This document shows positions 10,513-21,240 of a DNA stretch of 64,000 nucleotides, piece by piece. This stretch comes from Actinomycetota bacterium (GTDB lineage Bacteria > Actinomycetota > Acidimicrobiia > IMCC26256 > JACPCJ01), in the NCBI GenBank assembly GCA_016179865.1, contig JACPCJ010000114.1, positions 23,108 to 87,107 on the forward strand, written 5' to 3'. Under the pieces are notes generated by a model. That model was given only the letters and a program-made list of their open reading frames with translations, made no database searches and was not told the origin of the DNA. The position numbers and the translations under genes were made by a program. Within the stretch, counting starts at the first letter, position 1, and each line of letters starts with the position of its first letter.

Positions 10513-11041
10513 GGCCACCCCCGGCGTCCTCGACGACTACGCGCTGGCTCTCTTCGCCGCCGCGCGCGGCGAAGACATGCTCGACCTCGTCGAGGATCAG
10601 CTCTTCTCGGTGGCCCGAGCCTTCGAGGCCAACGACGAATTGCGCCAGAAGCTGTCTGACCAGCAGATCCCGGTGGCGACCCGCGAGGCCATCATTGAAG
10701 ACCTTCTCGGCGAGGGCGCGGCGGTGATCACCCGGGCGCTCGTGAGCTTCATCGTGGCCGCGGGACGCGCCAGCCAGCTTCCGGGCATCGTCGACGCCTT
10801 CGTTGACGCGGCCGCGGCCTCCCGCCAGCACGTCGTGGGCGAGGTGCGCAGCGCCGTGGCGCTCGACGAACAACAGCAACGCCAACTCGCCCAGGCCCTG
10901 AGCCGGGCGACCGGCAAGACCGTCGAGGTCAAGGTCGTGATCGATCCGTCGGTGGTCGGCGGCGTGGTCGCCCAGGTCGGCGATCAGGTCATCGACGGCT
11001 CCGTCCGCAGCCGTCTCCAGCAACTCCGCGAAGGCCTCTAG
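10496..11041 (+). CDS. atpH: F1 ATP synthase subunit delta (OSCP)
   Basis: Position between atpF and atpA. C-terminal [31 protein letters not shown] is typical of delta. Start is GTG 10496 or 10502. Confidence 0.85.
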
Positions 11042-11061
11042 GTATCAAGGGGAACACACAC

Positions 11062-12486
11062 ATGCCCGAGATTCAGATCGACTCCTCGGAGATTACCGCC
11101 GTCCTCGAGCGGCACCTGGCCGATTACACACCGACGCTCTCGAGCGAGCAGGTCGGCGCCGTGGTGCAGGTCGGTGACGGCATCGCCCGCGTCGAAGGGC
11201 TCCCGGGCGTCGCCGTGAACGAACTGCTCGAGTTCCCCGGCGGGCTCATGGGCCTCGCCCTCAACCTCGACGAGCGCACGATCGGCTGCGCCGTTCTGGG
11301 CGACACGACCGAGCTGGAGCAGGGCGACGCGGTCAAGGCCACTGGCCGCATCCTCTCGATTCCGGTCGGTGACGGCATGCTCGGGCGGGTCATCGACCCA
11401 CTGGGCCGGCCTCTCGACGGGAAGGGCCCGGTCGAGTCGGGCGAGACCCGGCGCCTCGAGGTGCAGGCGCCCGGCGTCGTCGACCGCAAACCGGTGCACG
11501 AGCCGCTCCAGACCGGCATCAAGGCCATCGACGGGATGATCCCGGTCGGCCGGGGCCAGCGTGAGCTGATCATCGGTGACCGCCAGACCGGCAAGACGGC
11601 CATCGCCGTCGACACCATCATCAATCAGAAGGGCCAGGGAGTGAAGTGCATCTACGTCGCCGTGGGCCAGAAGGCCTCCACGGTGGCGGAGGTCGTGGCC
11701 GTGCTCGCGGAGCACGGCGCGCTCGAGTACACGGTGATCGTCAACGCACCGGCGTCGGCCCCTGGGCCCTACAAGTACCTCGCGCCCTACTCCGGCGCCG
11801 CCCTCGGCGGCCACTGGATGGACACCGGCGAGCACGCGCTCGTGATCTATGACGACCTGTCGAAGCAGGCCGAGGCCTACCGGCAACTCTCGCTTCTGCT
11901 CCGGCGCCCGCCCGGTCGGGAGGCCTACCCGGGCGACGTGTTCTACCTCCACAGCCGGCTGCTCGAACGGGCGGCCAAGCTGTCGGACGAGCGGGGCGCG
12001 GGCAGCCTCACCGCCCTCCCGATCGTTGAGACCAAGGGTGGCGACGTGTCGGCCTACATCCCGACCAACGTCATCTCGATCACCGACGGCCAGATCTTCC
12101 TTGAAGCCGACCTCTTCTATTCCGGCGTGCGCCCGGCGATCAACGCCGGGATCTCGGTTTCGCGGGTCGGCGGCAACGCCCAGACCAAGGCCATGAAGAG
12201 CGTGGCCGGGCGCCTTCGCCTCGACCTCGCCCAGTTCCGTGAGCTCGAGGCGTTCGCCGCCTTCGGCTCCGACCTCGACAAGGCGTCGCAGGATCAGCTC
12301 GAGCGAGGGAAGCGGGTCGTAGAGATCCTGAAGCAGCCGCAGTACCGGCCCATGGCCGTCGAGGATCAAGTGGCGTCGATTTTCGCCGTCACCAACGGCT
12401 TCCTCGACGTTCGATGTGAAACGGCCACGGCTGGGGCAGGGGCCCCAGCTCGTGGAGGAGGCGGCGGGATGCCGCCGGGTCAGTAA
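11062..12486 (+). CDS. atpA: F1 ATP synthase subunit alpha (C-terminus unusually short)
   Basis: Walker A GDRQTGKT. Homology is clear through [28 protein letters not shown], then a 22-residue tail (17 of the 22 are Gly, Ala or Pro) and TAA. Confidence 0.9.
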   Translation: MPEIQIDSSEITAVLERHLADYTPTLSSEQVGAVVQVGDGIARVEGLPGVAVNELLEFPGGLMGLALNLDERTIGCAVLGDTTELEQGDAVKATGRILSIPVGDGMLGRVIDPLGRPLDGKGPVESGETRRLEVQAPGVVDRKPVHEPLQTGIKAIDGMIPVGRGQRELIIGDRQTGKTAIAVDTIINQKGQGVKCIYVAVGQKASTVAEVVAVLAEHGALEYTVIVNAPASAPGPYKYLAPYSGAALGGHWMDTGEHALVIYDDLSKQAEAYRQLSLLLRRPPGREAYPGDVFYLHSRLLERAAKLSDERGAGSLTALPIVETKGGDVSAYIPTNVISITDGQIFLEADLFYSGVRPAINAGISVSRVGGNAQTKAMKSVAGRLRLDLAQFRELEAFAAFGSDLDKASQDQLERGKRVVEILKQPQYRPMAVEDQVASIFAVTNGFLDVRCETATAGAGAPARGGGGGMPPGQ

Positions 12487-13380
12487 ATGGCTGGGAAGCT
12501 GCGCGTCATCCGGCGGCGGGTCCGATCGGTCCAGTCGACGAAGAAGATCACGAGGGCGATGGAGCTCATCGCCGCCTCGCGGATCGTGCGCGCCCAGCAG
12601 CGTGTCGAAGCGGCGCGGCCGTACGCCGAACAGATCACGTCGGTCATCGCCAATCTCGCCTCTGCTGGCGCTGCCAGCGGCCACGCCCTCCTCGGCGGGC
12701 GGGAGACCGAGTCCGGCGTCCGCCGCGTGGGCTATCTCATCCTCACCTCTGACCGCGGGCTCGCTGGCGGGTACAACGCCAACGTCATTAAGGCCGTCGA
12801 GGCCGCCCTGCGAGAGGACCTCAGCGCCGGGCGCGACTACGTGCTGATTACCGTCGGTCGGAAGGGTCAGGCCTACTTCCGCTACCGCCAGTACACGATC
12901 TCCGCCAGTTATCAGGGGATGAGCGACCTCCCCACCTACGAAGACGCCCGGCAGGTCGCCAGCGAGGCGATGCGCTTGTTCGAGGGCGGCGAGGTCGACC
13001 TGGTGAAGATGGCCTACACGCAGTTCCTTTCGGCGGGTACCCAGCGCCCGACGGTGCGCCAGCTCATGCCCATCGAGACCCCCGAGGCCGCAGTCGAGTC
13101 TGATGCTCCACGCGCCGACTACGAATTCGAGCCGGAACCGGATGCCATTCTTGAGCGTCTCCTGCCACGGTACGTGGGGGCGCGGGTGTTCGCTGCGATG
13201 TTGGACGCGTCGGCCAGCGAGCACGCGGCCCGACAGCGGGCCATGAAGGCCGCCACCGACAATGCCGACGAGCTGATCAAGACGCTCACCCGTGTCGCCG
13301 ACCAGGCTCGCCAGGACGAAATCACCACCGAGATCATGGAAATCGTTGGCGGGGCGGAGGCGCTCCGCCCGGCCGGGTAG
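12487..13380 (+). CDS. atpG: F1 ATP synthase subunit gamma
   Basis: LRVIRRRVRSVQSTKKITRAMELIAASR N-terminus and ITTEIMEIVGGAEAL C-terminus. Confidence 0.93.
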   Translation: MAGKLRVIRRRVRSVQSTKKITRAMELIAASRIVRAQQRVEAARPYAEQITSVIANLASAGAASGHALLGGRETESGVRRVGYLILTSDRGLAGGYNANVIKAVEAALREDLSAGRDYVLITVGRKGQAYFRYRQYTISASYQGMSDLPTYEDARQVASEAMRLFEGGEVDLVKMAYTQFLSAGTQRPTVRQLMPIETPEAAVESDAPRADYEFEPEPDAILERLLPRYVGARVFAAMLDASASEHAARQRAMKAATDNADELIKTLTRVADQARQDEITTEIMEIVGGAEALRPAG

Positions 13381-14856
<1,476 letters not shown>

Positions 14857-14926
14857 GCCCCGGAGGGCACGGGGGCCCGATCAGCGCAATCCCTCCCGGG
14901 AGCAACGCCGAGATCGAGGCGAGGCG

Positions 14927-15313
14927 ATGAGTTTGCAGGTTGAGCTGGTCAGCCCCGAGCGCATTCTCTACTCGGGTGAGGCGTCGATGGTGGTGGCGCG
15001 CACGACCGACGGCGAGATCGCGTTCTTGCCCGGCCATGCGCCCTTCCTCGGTGCCCTGAGCGTCGCCCGAGTCCGTGTGCTGCTCGAGGGCGGCGGCGAG
15101 GAGGTGGCCGCCGTCCACGGAGGCTTCGTCGAGGTTCGAGACAACACGGTGACGATTCTCTCTGACGTGGCCGAGCTCCAAAGCCAGGTCGACGTCGAGC
15201 GGGCCCGTCGGGCGGAAGCGGCGGCCGAGGAGCGGCTTCGGGCGGAGCAGGACGCCGAAACCCAGGCGGCGTTGGCGCGGGCCGTCCTGCGCATCGACGT
15301 CGCCGGGGGCTGA
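14927..15313 (+). CDS. atpC: F1 ATP synthase subunit epsilon
   Basis: LQVELVSPERILYSGEASMVVARTTDGEIAFLPGHAP is typical of epsilon. ATG 14927. Confidence 0.9.
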   Translation: MSLQVELVSPERILYSGEASMVVARTTDGEIAFLPGHAPFLGALSVARVRVLLEGGGEEVAAVHGGFVEVRDNTVTILSDVAELQSQVDVERARRAEAAAEERLRAEQDAETQAALARAVLRIDVAGG

Positions 15314-15314
15314 C

Positions 15315-15448
15315 CCGCTTTTGCCCTTACGCGCCGCTCATGCTCGGCGGGATCGGGCAATAGCAAACATCCGGCCGCCTGCGTCTCTCGTTGTTTCGAC
15401 GGTATTGCCCGATCCCGCCGCCGGTCGTCGGCGCGAAAGGGCAAAAGC
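15315..15448. repeat. 134-bp imperfect inverted repeat (family C composite): 47-nt arms around a ~40-nt centre
   Basis: Left arm cgcttttgcccttacgcgccg...cggcgggatcgggcaata is mirrored by tattgcccgatcccgccg...cggcgcgaaagggcaaaagcg. The core TTKTGCCCGAWCSCGCC recurs at 42.2 and 43.3 kb. Confidence 0.8.
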
Positions 15449-15451
15449 GAC

Positions 15452-16966
15452 TTACGCCAGGGCGTAGAGGGCGGTCGGGTGCGTGCGGCCGCGGAGGGTC
15501 GCCTCGCCGAGGGGCACGAGGCCGTCGGGTCCCCCGGGGCCGAGGGCGTCGACCGTGCGGCCTGAGACCAGGACGTCGGCGTCGCGTTCGCGGGTGAGTT
15601 CCTGGAGTCGGGCCGCCTCATTCACGGCGTCGCCGACCACTGTGTATTCGAAACGCCGTGCCGAGCCCACGTTGCCGGCGACCAGCGACCCGGTCGAGAT
15701 GCCGATGCCGAAGTGAATCCCGCGAGTCTTGAGGTCGGCGGCGATGGCGCGTGCCGACGTCAGAGCGTGGGCGGCGTGATGCGGATCGTCGAGGGGAGCG
15801 CCAAACACGGCCAGCACGGCGTCGCCCAGAAACTTGTTGACCAGACCCTGATTCCGGTTGACCTCCCGGACCGCGACCTGGAAGACGTGGTTGAGCATCG
15901 ACACCACCTCTTCGGGCGGCAACTCCTCGGCCATCCCCGTGAACCCCTGAACGTCGAGGAAGAGCACGCTGGCCACCCGCCGCTCGACGGCGAAGGAGAC
16001 GCCTTCTTCGATGATCTTCCCCGCCACCGCCGCCCCGACTTGGCGGCCGAGCAGGTCTTCCACCCGTTGACGCTGGCGCAGCCCGTCGACCATGGCGTTG
16101 AAGGCGGTCGCTAGCTCGCCAAACTCGTCGGTCGACTCGACGGGTACGGAAACCGAGAGGTCGCCTTCCCCCACTCGCTCCGCAGCCCAGCGCATGGCTT
16201 CGAGGGGTCGGGTGATCGTGTGGCGCACCGACAGGGTGAGGTACAGGCCCGTCAGCGCTCCGACCGCAGCGAGGAACCAGACGATTCCCTCGAGGTCGCC
16301 CATCCCGGTTGGGTCGGACAGGCGTTCGCTGACGACCCCGGCGATGAGCAAGATCGGAACGGCCGTGCCGAGGACGAAGACGACGAGCAGGCGTCGTCGC
16401 ACTCGGGTCGACGGCAGGTGCAACTCGATCGGGTCACGCCCGGCGAAGAAGCGCTCGTACCAGGGCCCGAGGATGCGTTGGTCGGTGAGGAAGGACAGGG
16501 TGGACACGACGATCCCGGCGACGCTGACGCCCCCGAGGGTGGTCAAGAACTCGCGAAGTGGCTGTTCGGCCTCGATGACGACGTCGGCGATGGCGAGGCC
16601 GAGCGCCGTCGTCAACCACAGTGACAGCAGGATAGTGGCCTGCATGGCCGGGTGGGCGACCAGAAGCCGGAGGACCCGGTCGGGCGCCGGCTCCCCGGCC
16701 TGGCCCTCCCGGAGCCACTGTTCCAACGGGCGGGTGAGGCGGTGAGAGAAGAAGACGCCCGTGAGCCAGGCCGGAATGACGATGATTAGGCCCCAGATTG
16801 CCCCGGCGAACCGGGTCGTCTCGACGCGGGCGGGCGGTTCGAAGAGGATCCCGCCGAGGAGGAGCACGGCGCCGCCGAGGGCGTTGGTGAGGCCCACCTC
16901 AGCCCGCAGCCGTTTCACCAGATGGCGGACCTCGGCGTCGGTGGCGGGCGGCCGATGTTGCTCCAC
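15452..16966 (-). CDS. Membrane-bound class III adenylate/guanylate cyclase with HAMP domain
   Basis: N-terminal TM helices and a HAMP-like linker. Cyclase motifs LFLDVQGFT, FLGDAVLAVFGAP and VGDAVNEAARLQ. Confidence 0.88.
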   Translation of the reverse strand: MEQHRPPATDAEVRHLVKRLRAEVGLTNALGGAVLLLGGILFEPPARVETTRFAGAIWGLIIVIPAWLTGVFFSHRLTRPLEQWLREGQAGEPAPDRVLRLLVAHPAMQATILLSLWLTTALGLAIADVVIEAEQPLREFLTTLGGVSVAGIVVSTLSFLTDQRILGPWYERFFAGRDPIELHLPSTRVRRRLLVVFVLGTAVPILLIAGVVSERLSDPTGMGDLEGIVWFLAAVGALTGLYLTLSVRHTITRPLEAMRWAAERVGEGDLSVSVPVESTDEFGELATAFNAMVDGLRQRQRVEDLLGRQVGAAVAGKIIEEGVSFAVERRVASVLFLDVQGFTGMAEELPPEEVVSMLNHVFQVAVREVNRNQGLVNKFLGDAVLAVFGAPLDDPHHAAHALTSARAIAADLKTRGIHFGIGISTGSLVAGNVGSARRFEYTVVGDAVNEAARLQELTRERDADVLVSGRTVDALGPGGPDGLVPLGEATLRGRTHPTALYALA

Positions 16967-16993
16967 GGGAGCATTGTTCTACCCTGACGGGTC

Positions 16994-18043
16994 ATGCACC
17001 GGGCACTCGTAGGGGTGCTCGTCGTGGCCAACCTCGCCGGCGCGACCTACCTCGTGATCGATCGCGTCGACGAGGCCGCGGTAGCGGTTGACGCCGTCAG
17101 TACCAGCACCACGTCGACGAGCCCGACCACGACGTCAAGCACCACCACCACGAGCACCACGACCACCACGACCCTTCCGCCGACCACCACCACTGGCGCC
17201 CCGGTCGTCGTGCCTGCCAGCGGCCGCGCCGGGTCCTTCGCCGGGTTCGGCGCGTGGGTCGACGTGTTCGACTTCAGCCCCGGCTACATGCAGGAGGGCG
17301 AGACCACGCCCGTGGTGACTCCCGAGACGCTCGACGCCATGGCGCTCGCCGGTGTGACAACGCTCTACATCCAAGCGTCCCGAGACGACCCCCGAACGGT
17401 CGGGGACCTCGAGCAGCCGGAAACCCTGGCGCGATTCATGACCAAGGCCCACGCCCTTGGCATGCGCGTCGTGGCCTGGTACCTGCCGAAGAACTACGAC
17501 GACGCCGACCTGCGTCGCCTTCGTGCGATCCGCGACTTCCGGGCCGACGGGCAGGGGTTCGACGCCATCGGGGTAGACATCGAATTCCGCGGGAACGTTT
17601 CCGACGTCGCCGAGCGCAACCGCAGGCTCGTCGACCTCTCTCGCCGGTTCCGCGAGGAGTCGGGGGAGTACCCCATCTCGGCCATCGTCCTCCCGCCGGT
17701 GGTCACCGACATCGTCAACCCCAACTTCTGGCCCAGCTTCCCCTGGGCCGAGATCGCGCCCTACTACGACGCCTGGCTGCCGATGGCCTACTGGACGAAC
17801 CGCAAGCCCGGGACCGAGTGGCGGGACGCGCACCGCTACACCGAGGCCAACGTCTCGATGGTGCGATCGCACCTTGGGAACCCGGCCGCGCCCGTTCACG
17901 TGATCGGTGGGATCGGGGATGCCGCCACGGTCGACGACTACGTCGGTTTCATGGCCGCGATGCGAGAGACGGGCTCCATCGGGTGGTCGGTTTACGACTG
18001 GCGCACGATCGCACCCGAAGCGCTCGCCACGCTCCGCGGGTAG
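16994..18043 (+). CDS. Membrane-anchored protein with Ser/Thr-rich linker and putative glycoside-hydrolase-like TIM-barrel domain
   Basis: N-terminal TM helix and a poly-Thr/Ser tract (about 17100-17200). C-terminal domain carries TLYIQASRDD, MRVVAWYLP and GVDIEF. The functional call is weak. Confidence 0.6.
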   Translation: MHRALVGVLVVANLAGATYLVIDRVDEAAVAVDAVSTSTTSTSPTTTSSTTTTSTTTTTTLPPTTTTGAPVVVPASGRAGSFAGFGAWVDVFDFSPGYMQEGETTPVVTPETLDAMALAGVTTLYIQASRDDPRTVGDLEQPETLARFMTKAHALGMRVVAWYLPKNYDDADLRRLRAIRDFRADGQGFDAIGVDIEFRGNVSDVAERNRRLVDLSRRFREESGEYPISAIVLPPVVTDIVNPNFWPSFPWAEIAPYYDAWLPMAYWTNRKPGTEWRDAHRYTEANVSMVRSHLGNPAAPVHVIGGIGDAATVDDYVGFMAAMRETGSIGWSVYDWRTIAPEALATLRG

Positions 18044-18049
18044 GGCGGC

Positions 18050-19012
18050 GTGGCCCGTTTGCGGCTCGGCGTCGCCCTCCTGGTGCCCGAGCCCATTCGC
18101 ACCGAGGTCGACGCGCTGCGCAAGTCGCTGGGGGACGGCTCATTCCAACGGGTCCCCGCCCATCTCACCCTGGTGCCGCCGGTGAACGTCCACGAGCGCG
18201 ACTTCGAGGCCGCGCTCGCGATCCTGCGCTCCGCCGCGGCCGAGCGCAGGCCGATCACCGTCGAACTCGGGCCCCCCGCGACGTTCCTGCCCGACAATCC
18301 TGTGCTGTTCCTCCGCGCCGCTGGAGATGTGGCCGCCCTTGCGTCGCTCCGGGATGCCGTCTTCCGGCCACCTCTGCACCGGGAACTCGCCTGGCCGTGG
18401 ATTCCTCACGTGACGATCTGCGACGAGGCTGATCCCGGCCGGATCGCGCACGCCGTGGACGCCCTCGCCGAGTATCGAGCCCGGGTCGTCTTCGACGCGG
18501 TTCACGTTCTCCAAGAAGTCGATCGTGTGTGGGTGCCGATCGCGAACGCCGCCCTGGGAGGTCGGCGGGTTGTGGGCCGCGGTGGCCTGGAGCTGGAGAT
18601 CACGGAGTCGGTGACGTTGGCGCCAGACGAGCGGGTGTGGCTCGACGCTGAGTGGGCCCGCCTGGAGGACTCGCTGGAGGGTGGTCTGCGCTGGGACGAA
18701 CGCCCGGTCGCGCTCACGGCGCGGCGAGACGGCGAGGTGGTTGGAGTCGCGGTTGGGTGGACCAACCAGGGGGTTGGGTACCTGAGTGAGCTGGTCGTTG
18801 CCGCGGGAGAACGCGGTACGGGCGTTGGCTCACACTTGCTTGCCGCCTTCGAGGACCTGTGCCGCCGCCGGGGCGCCGCCCGTCTGGCGCTTCGCACCAA
18901 CGAGGGCTTCGCTGCTCAGCGCTTCTACGAGGGTCGCGGCTGGCGGGTCGAGGCCACGGTTCCCGAATGGGTCCGCGGCACGCCCTTCCTCGAGATGCGC
19001 AAGGACGTCTGA
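18050..19012 (+). CDS. Fusion protein: 2H phosphoesterase (LigT-like) N-domain + GNAT acetyltransferase C-domain
   Basis: Two H-x-T motifs (AHLTLVPP, PHVTICDE). C-terminal GNAT core ELVVAAGERGTGVGSHLLAAFEDLCRRRGA. Confidence 0.75.
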   Translation: MARLRLGVALLVPEPIRTEVDALRKSLGDGSFQRVPAHLTLVPPVNVHERDFEAALAILRSAAAERRPITVELGPPATFLPDNPVLFLRAAGDVAALASLRDAVFRPPLHRELAWPWIPHVTICDEADPGRIAHAVDALAEYRARVVFDAVHVLQEVDRVWVPIANAALGGRRVVGRGGLELEITESVTLAPDERVWLDAEWARLEDSLEGGLRWDERPVALTARRDGEVVGVAVGWTNQGVGYLSELVVAAGERGTGVGSHLLAAFEDLCRRRGAARLALRTNEGFAAQRFYEGRGWRVEATVPEWVRGTPFLEMRKDV

Positions 19013-19030
19013 CTCACCGCGCCCTCCAGC

Positions 19031-19085
19031 GAACTTGGCTTCATTTCTCACACCCCACCGCGGCTGCGCCACCAAGTTCGCAACG
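19031..19085 (-). repeat. Family A repeat, copy A1 (left inverted repeat of DUF559 unit 1)
   Basis: gaacttggcttcatttctcacaccccaccgcggctgcgccaccaagttcgcaacg. Matches the reverse complement of 20026-20080 and copy 49922-49978. Confidence 0.8.
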
Positions 19086-19123
19086 ACGGCGAAACTGTCA
19101 CAGGTGGTCGGCATGATTCCCGG

Positions 19124-20056
19124 ATGGACGAACGCATCTACGAGTTCACGCGGCGGCAGCACTCCCTCGTCACCCGAGAGCAGCTGCTCTCGCTCGGGCT
19201 GACCGACCGCCAGGTCGACTACCTCTTGCAGAGCGGGAGGCTCCGACGGTTCCATCGCGGTGTCTACGTTTTGCCGGGCGTTGCTGCGTCGTGGCACCAG
19301 CGCCTGATGGCCGCGTGTCTCGCGGTCGGTGCCGGTGCCGCGGTGTCGCATCGCGCCGCGGCTGCGCTCTGGGGCCTCGACGGGCCTTTCCGTGGCTTGA
19401 TCGAGGTTGCCGGCGAGCGCCTCGACGAGACCCGTCCAAAGGGGGTCATCACGCACCGCAGCACTGACCTCGGTCCTGCCTACGTGACGGAGCGCCTCGG
19501 GATTCCGGTGACTTCGCCCGCCCGCACGCTCCTCGATCTCGGAGCCGTCACGTCCCAGGCCGTGCTGGACCGTGCACTCGACGACGCCCTGGCCCGTGGT
19601 TTGGCCGAATGGGAAGACCTGCTCGCCGTGCTCGCGGAGCTGGCGCGGCGAGGCCGGAGGGGTGTCGGCAAGCTCCGTCGCTCGCTCGCCGAACGCACCG
19701 GAGTGCCGGAGTCCGTGCTCGAAGCCGAGTTTCAACGCCTGATCAGGAGGTTCAACCTCCCCGAGCCCGTGTACCAGTACGAACTCTTCGATGAGAGCGG
19801 CGAGTTCGTGGCCCGCATCGACGCCGCTTACCCGGCGCTGCGCCTGGCCGTCGAGCTTGATGGGGCGTCGACGCGGGTGGGTCGGCATGCCCTCTTCTAC
19901 GACACCGACCGGCAGAACCGGATTGTTGCGCAGGGCTTCTTGCCCATCCGCTACACGTGGAAGGCGATCGTCGGGCTGCCCGAGAAGACGGCCTCAGAGC
20001 TCCAGCGAGCGATCGGCCGCCGGCGTTCCGAACTTGGTGTCGCGACTGCGGCCTGA
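19124..20056 (+). CDS. AbiEi-type wHTH / DUF559 (Vsr-like PD-(D/E)XK) endonuclease-domain protein, paralog 1
   Basis: N-terminus HSLVTREQLLSLGLTDRQVDYLLQSGRLRRFHRGVYVL. C-terminus SVLEAEFQRLIRRFNLPEPVYQYEL...VELDG...YDTDRQNR. Paralogs at 42.3 and 45.1 kb. Confidence 0.85.
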   Translation: MDERIYEFTRRQHSLVTREQLLSLGLTDRQVDYLLQSGRLRRFHRGVYVLPGVAASWHQRLMAACLAVGAGAAVSHRAAAALWGLDGPFRGLIEVAGERLDETRPKGVITHRSTDLGPAYVTERLGIPVTSPARTLLDLGAVTSQAVLDRALDDALARGLAEWEDLLAVLAELARRGRRGVGKLRRSLAERTGVPESVLEAEFQRLIRRFNLPEPVYQYELFDESGEFVARIDAAYPALRLAVELDGASTRVGRHALFYDTDRQNRIVAQGFLPIRYTWKAIVGLPEKTASELQRAIGRRRSELGVATAA

Positions 20057-20080
20057 TGTGAGAAACGAAACCAAATTCGG
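20029..20080 (+). repeat. Family A repeat, copy A2 (right inverted repeat; overlaps last 9 codons and stop of DUF559 gene)
   Basis: cgaacttggtgtcgcgactgcggcctgatgtgagaaacgaaaccaaattcgg. Confidence 0.8.
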
Positions 20081-20096
20081 CGGGGGCGGTCGGCCC

Positions 20097-21092
20097 TCAG
20101 TCGAACTTGATGGCCGAGTAGCGCATCAGTTTGGGCCACTTGTGCTCGGCGTCGATCTTGCGCACCGTGCCCGACTTGGAACGGGTGACCAGCGACTGGG
20201 TCGTGGCGCCGCCGCCCGTGTACCGCACCCCCCGCAGCAAGTCGCCGTCGGTCACGCCGGTGGCGGCGAAGAACACGTCTTCCCCGCTGACGAGGTCGTC
20301 GAGGTGCAGCACGCGGTCGACGTCGTAGCCCTCGGCCTCTGCCGCCGACCGTTCGCCGTCGTCCCGGGGCCAGAGCCGGCCCTGCATGGCTCCTCCGAGA
20401 CACTTCAGCGCGCAGGCGGCGATCACGCCCTCGGGCGTTCCGCCGATTCCGAAGAGGATGTCAGCGCCGCTGTCGGGAAGGGCCACCGAGATGGCGCCGG
20501 CGACGTCGCCGTCGGGGATGAGCCGGATGCGGGCGCCGTTGTCACGGCATTCCTTGATGATGTCGTTGTGGCGGTCGCGGTCGAGGACGACGACGGTGAC
20601 GTCGTCGACGTCCTTGTCGAGCGCCTTCGCCACGGCGTGCAGGTTGTCGGTGACCGAGGCGTTGAGGTCGATGGCGTCTTTGGCGGCCTCGCCGACGGCG
20701 ATCTTCTCCATGTACACGCACGGCCCGGGGTCGAACATCGTCCCCTGTTCGGCCACGGCGATCACCGCGATGGCGTTCGGTCGGCCCAGCGAGGTCAGGG
20801 TCGTTCCGTCGATCGGGTCGACGGCGATGTCGACCTGGGGCGGGCTCCCGTCTCCGACGACTTCGCCGTTGAACAGCATCGGCGCTTCGTCCTTCTCGCC
20901 CTCGCCGATGACGACGACGCCGTCCATTGACACCGTGCCGAGCACCACTCGCATGGCGTCGACGGCCGCCCCGTCGGCGGCCTCCTTGTCGCCCCGCCCC
21001 ATCCACCGACCTGCGGCCAGGGCGGCAGCTTCCGTCACCCGGACCAGCTCCAGGGCCAGGTTCCGATCGGGGTTCTGCGGGTTCACGCTCAT
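20097..21092 (-). CDS. glpX: Class II fructose-1,6-bisphosphatase
   Basis: [38 protein letters not shown]-terminus and [18 protein letters not shown]. Confidence 0.93.
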   Translation of the reverse strand: MSVNPQNPDRNLALELVRVTEAAALAAGRWMGRGDKEAADGAAVDAMRVVLGTVSMDGVVVIGEGEKDEAPMLFNGEVVGDGSPPQVDIAVDPIDGTTLTSLGRPNAIAVIAVAEQGTMFDPGPCVYMEKIAVGEAAKDAIDLNASVTDNLHAVAKALDKDVDDVTVVVLDRDRHNDIIKECRDNGARIRLIPDGDVAGAISVALPDSGADILFGIGGTPEGVIAACALKCLGGAMQGRLWPRDDGERSAAEAEGYDVDRVLHLDDLVSGEDVFFAATGVTDGDLLRGVRYTGGGATTQSLVTRSKSGTVRKIDAEHKWPKLMRYSAIKFD

Positions 21093-21240
21093 CGGGTTGC
21101 CGCCTGCGGCGGCGGCCCCGCCGAGCGGGGCGCCTGCTTGCCGATTCGCTCGCTTCGCTCACTCATTGGATTTTTCCTCCCACACCGCGCGAACGGGCGT
21201 CGGGCGGAATCTATCCCGCTGCCCGTGGGATCATGGAGCC

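Noticed and set aside
17100-17200. ACC/ACG-rich repetitive tract
   Set aside because: It is a coding low-complexity Thr/Ser linker within the 349-aa membrane-anchored protein, not a non-coding repeat.
20386-21240. First 285 codons of the 834-aa ORF containing the mutase
   Set aside because: They are antisense to glpX and Ser/Thr/Ala/Pro-rich. Mutase homology begins at GTG 21241.
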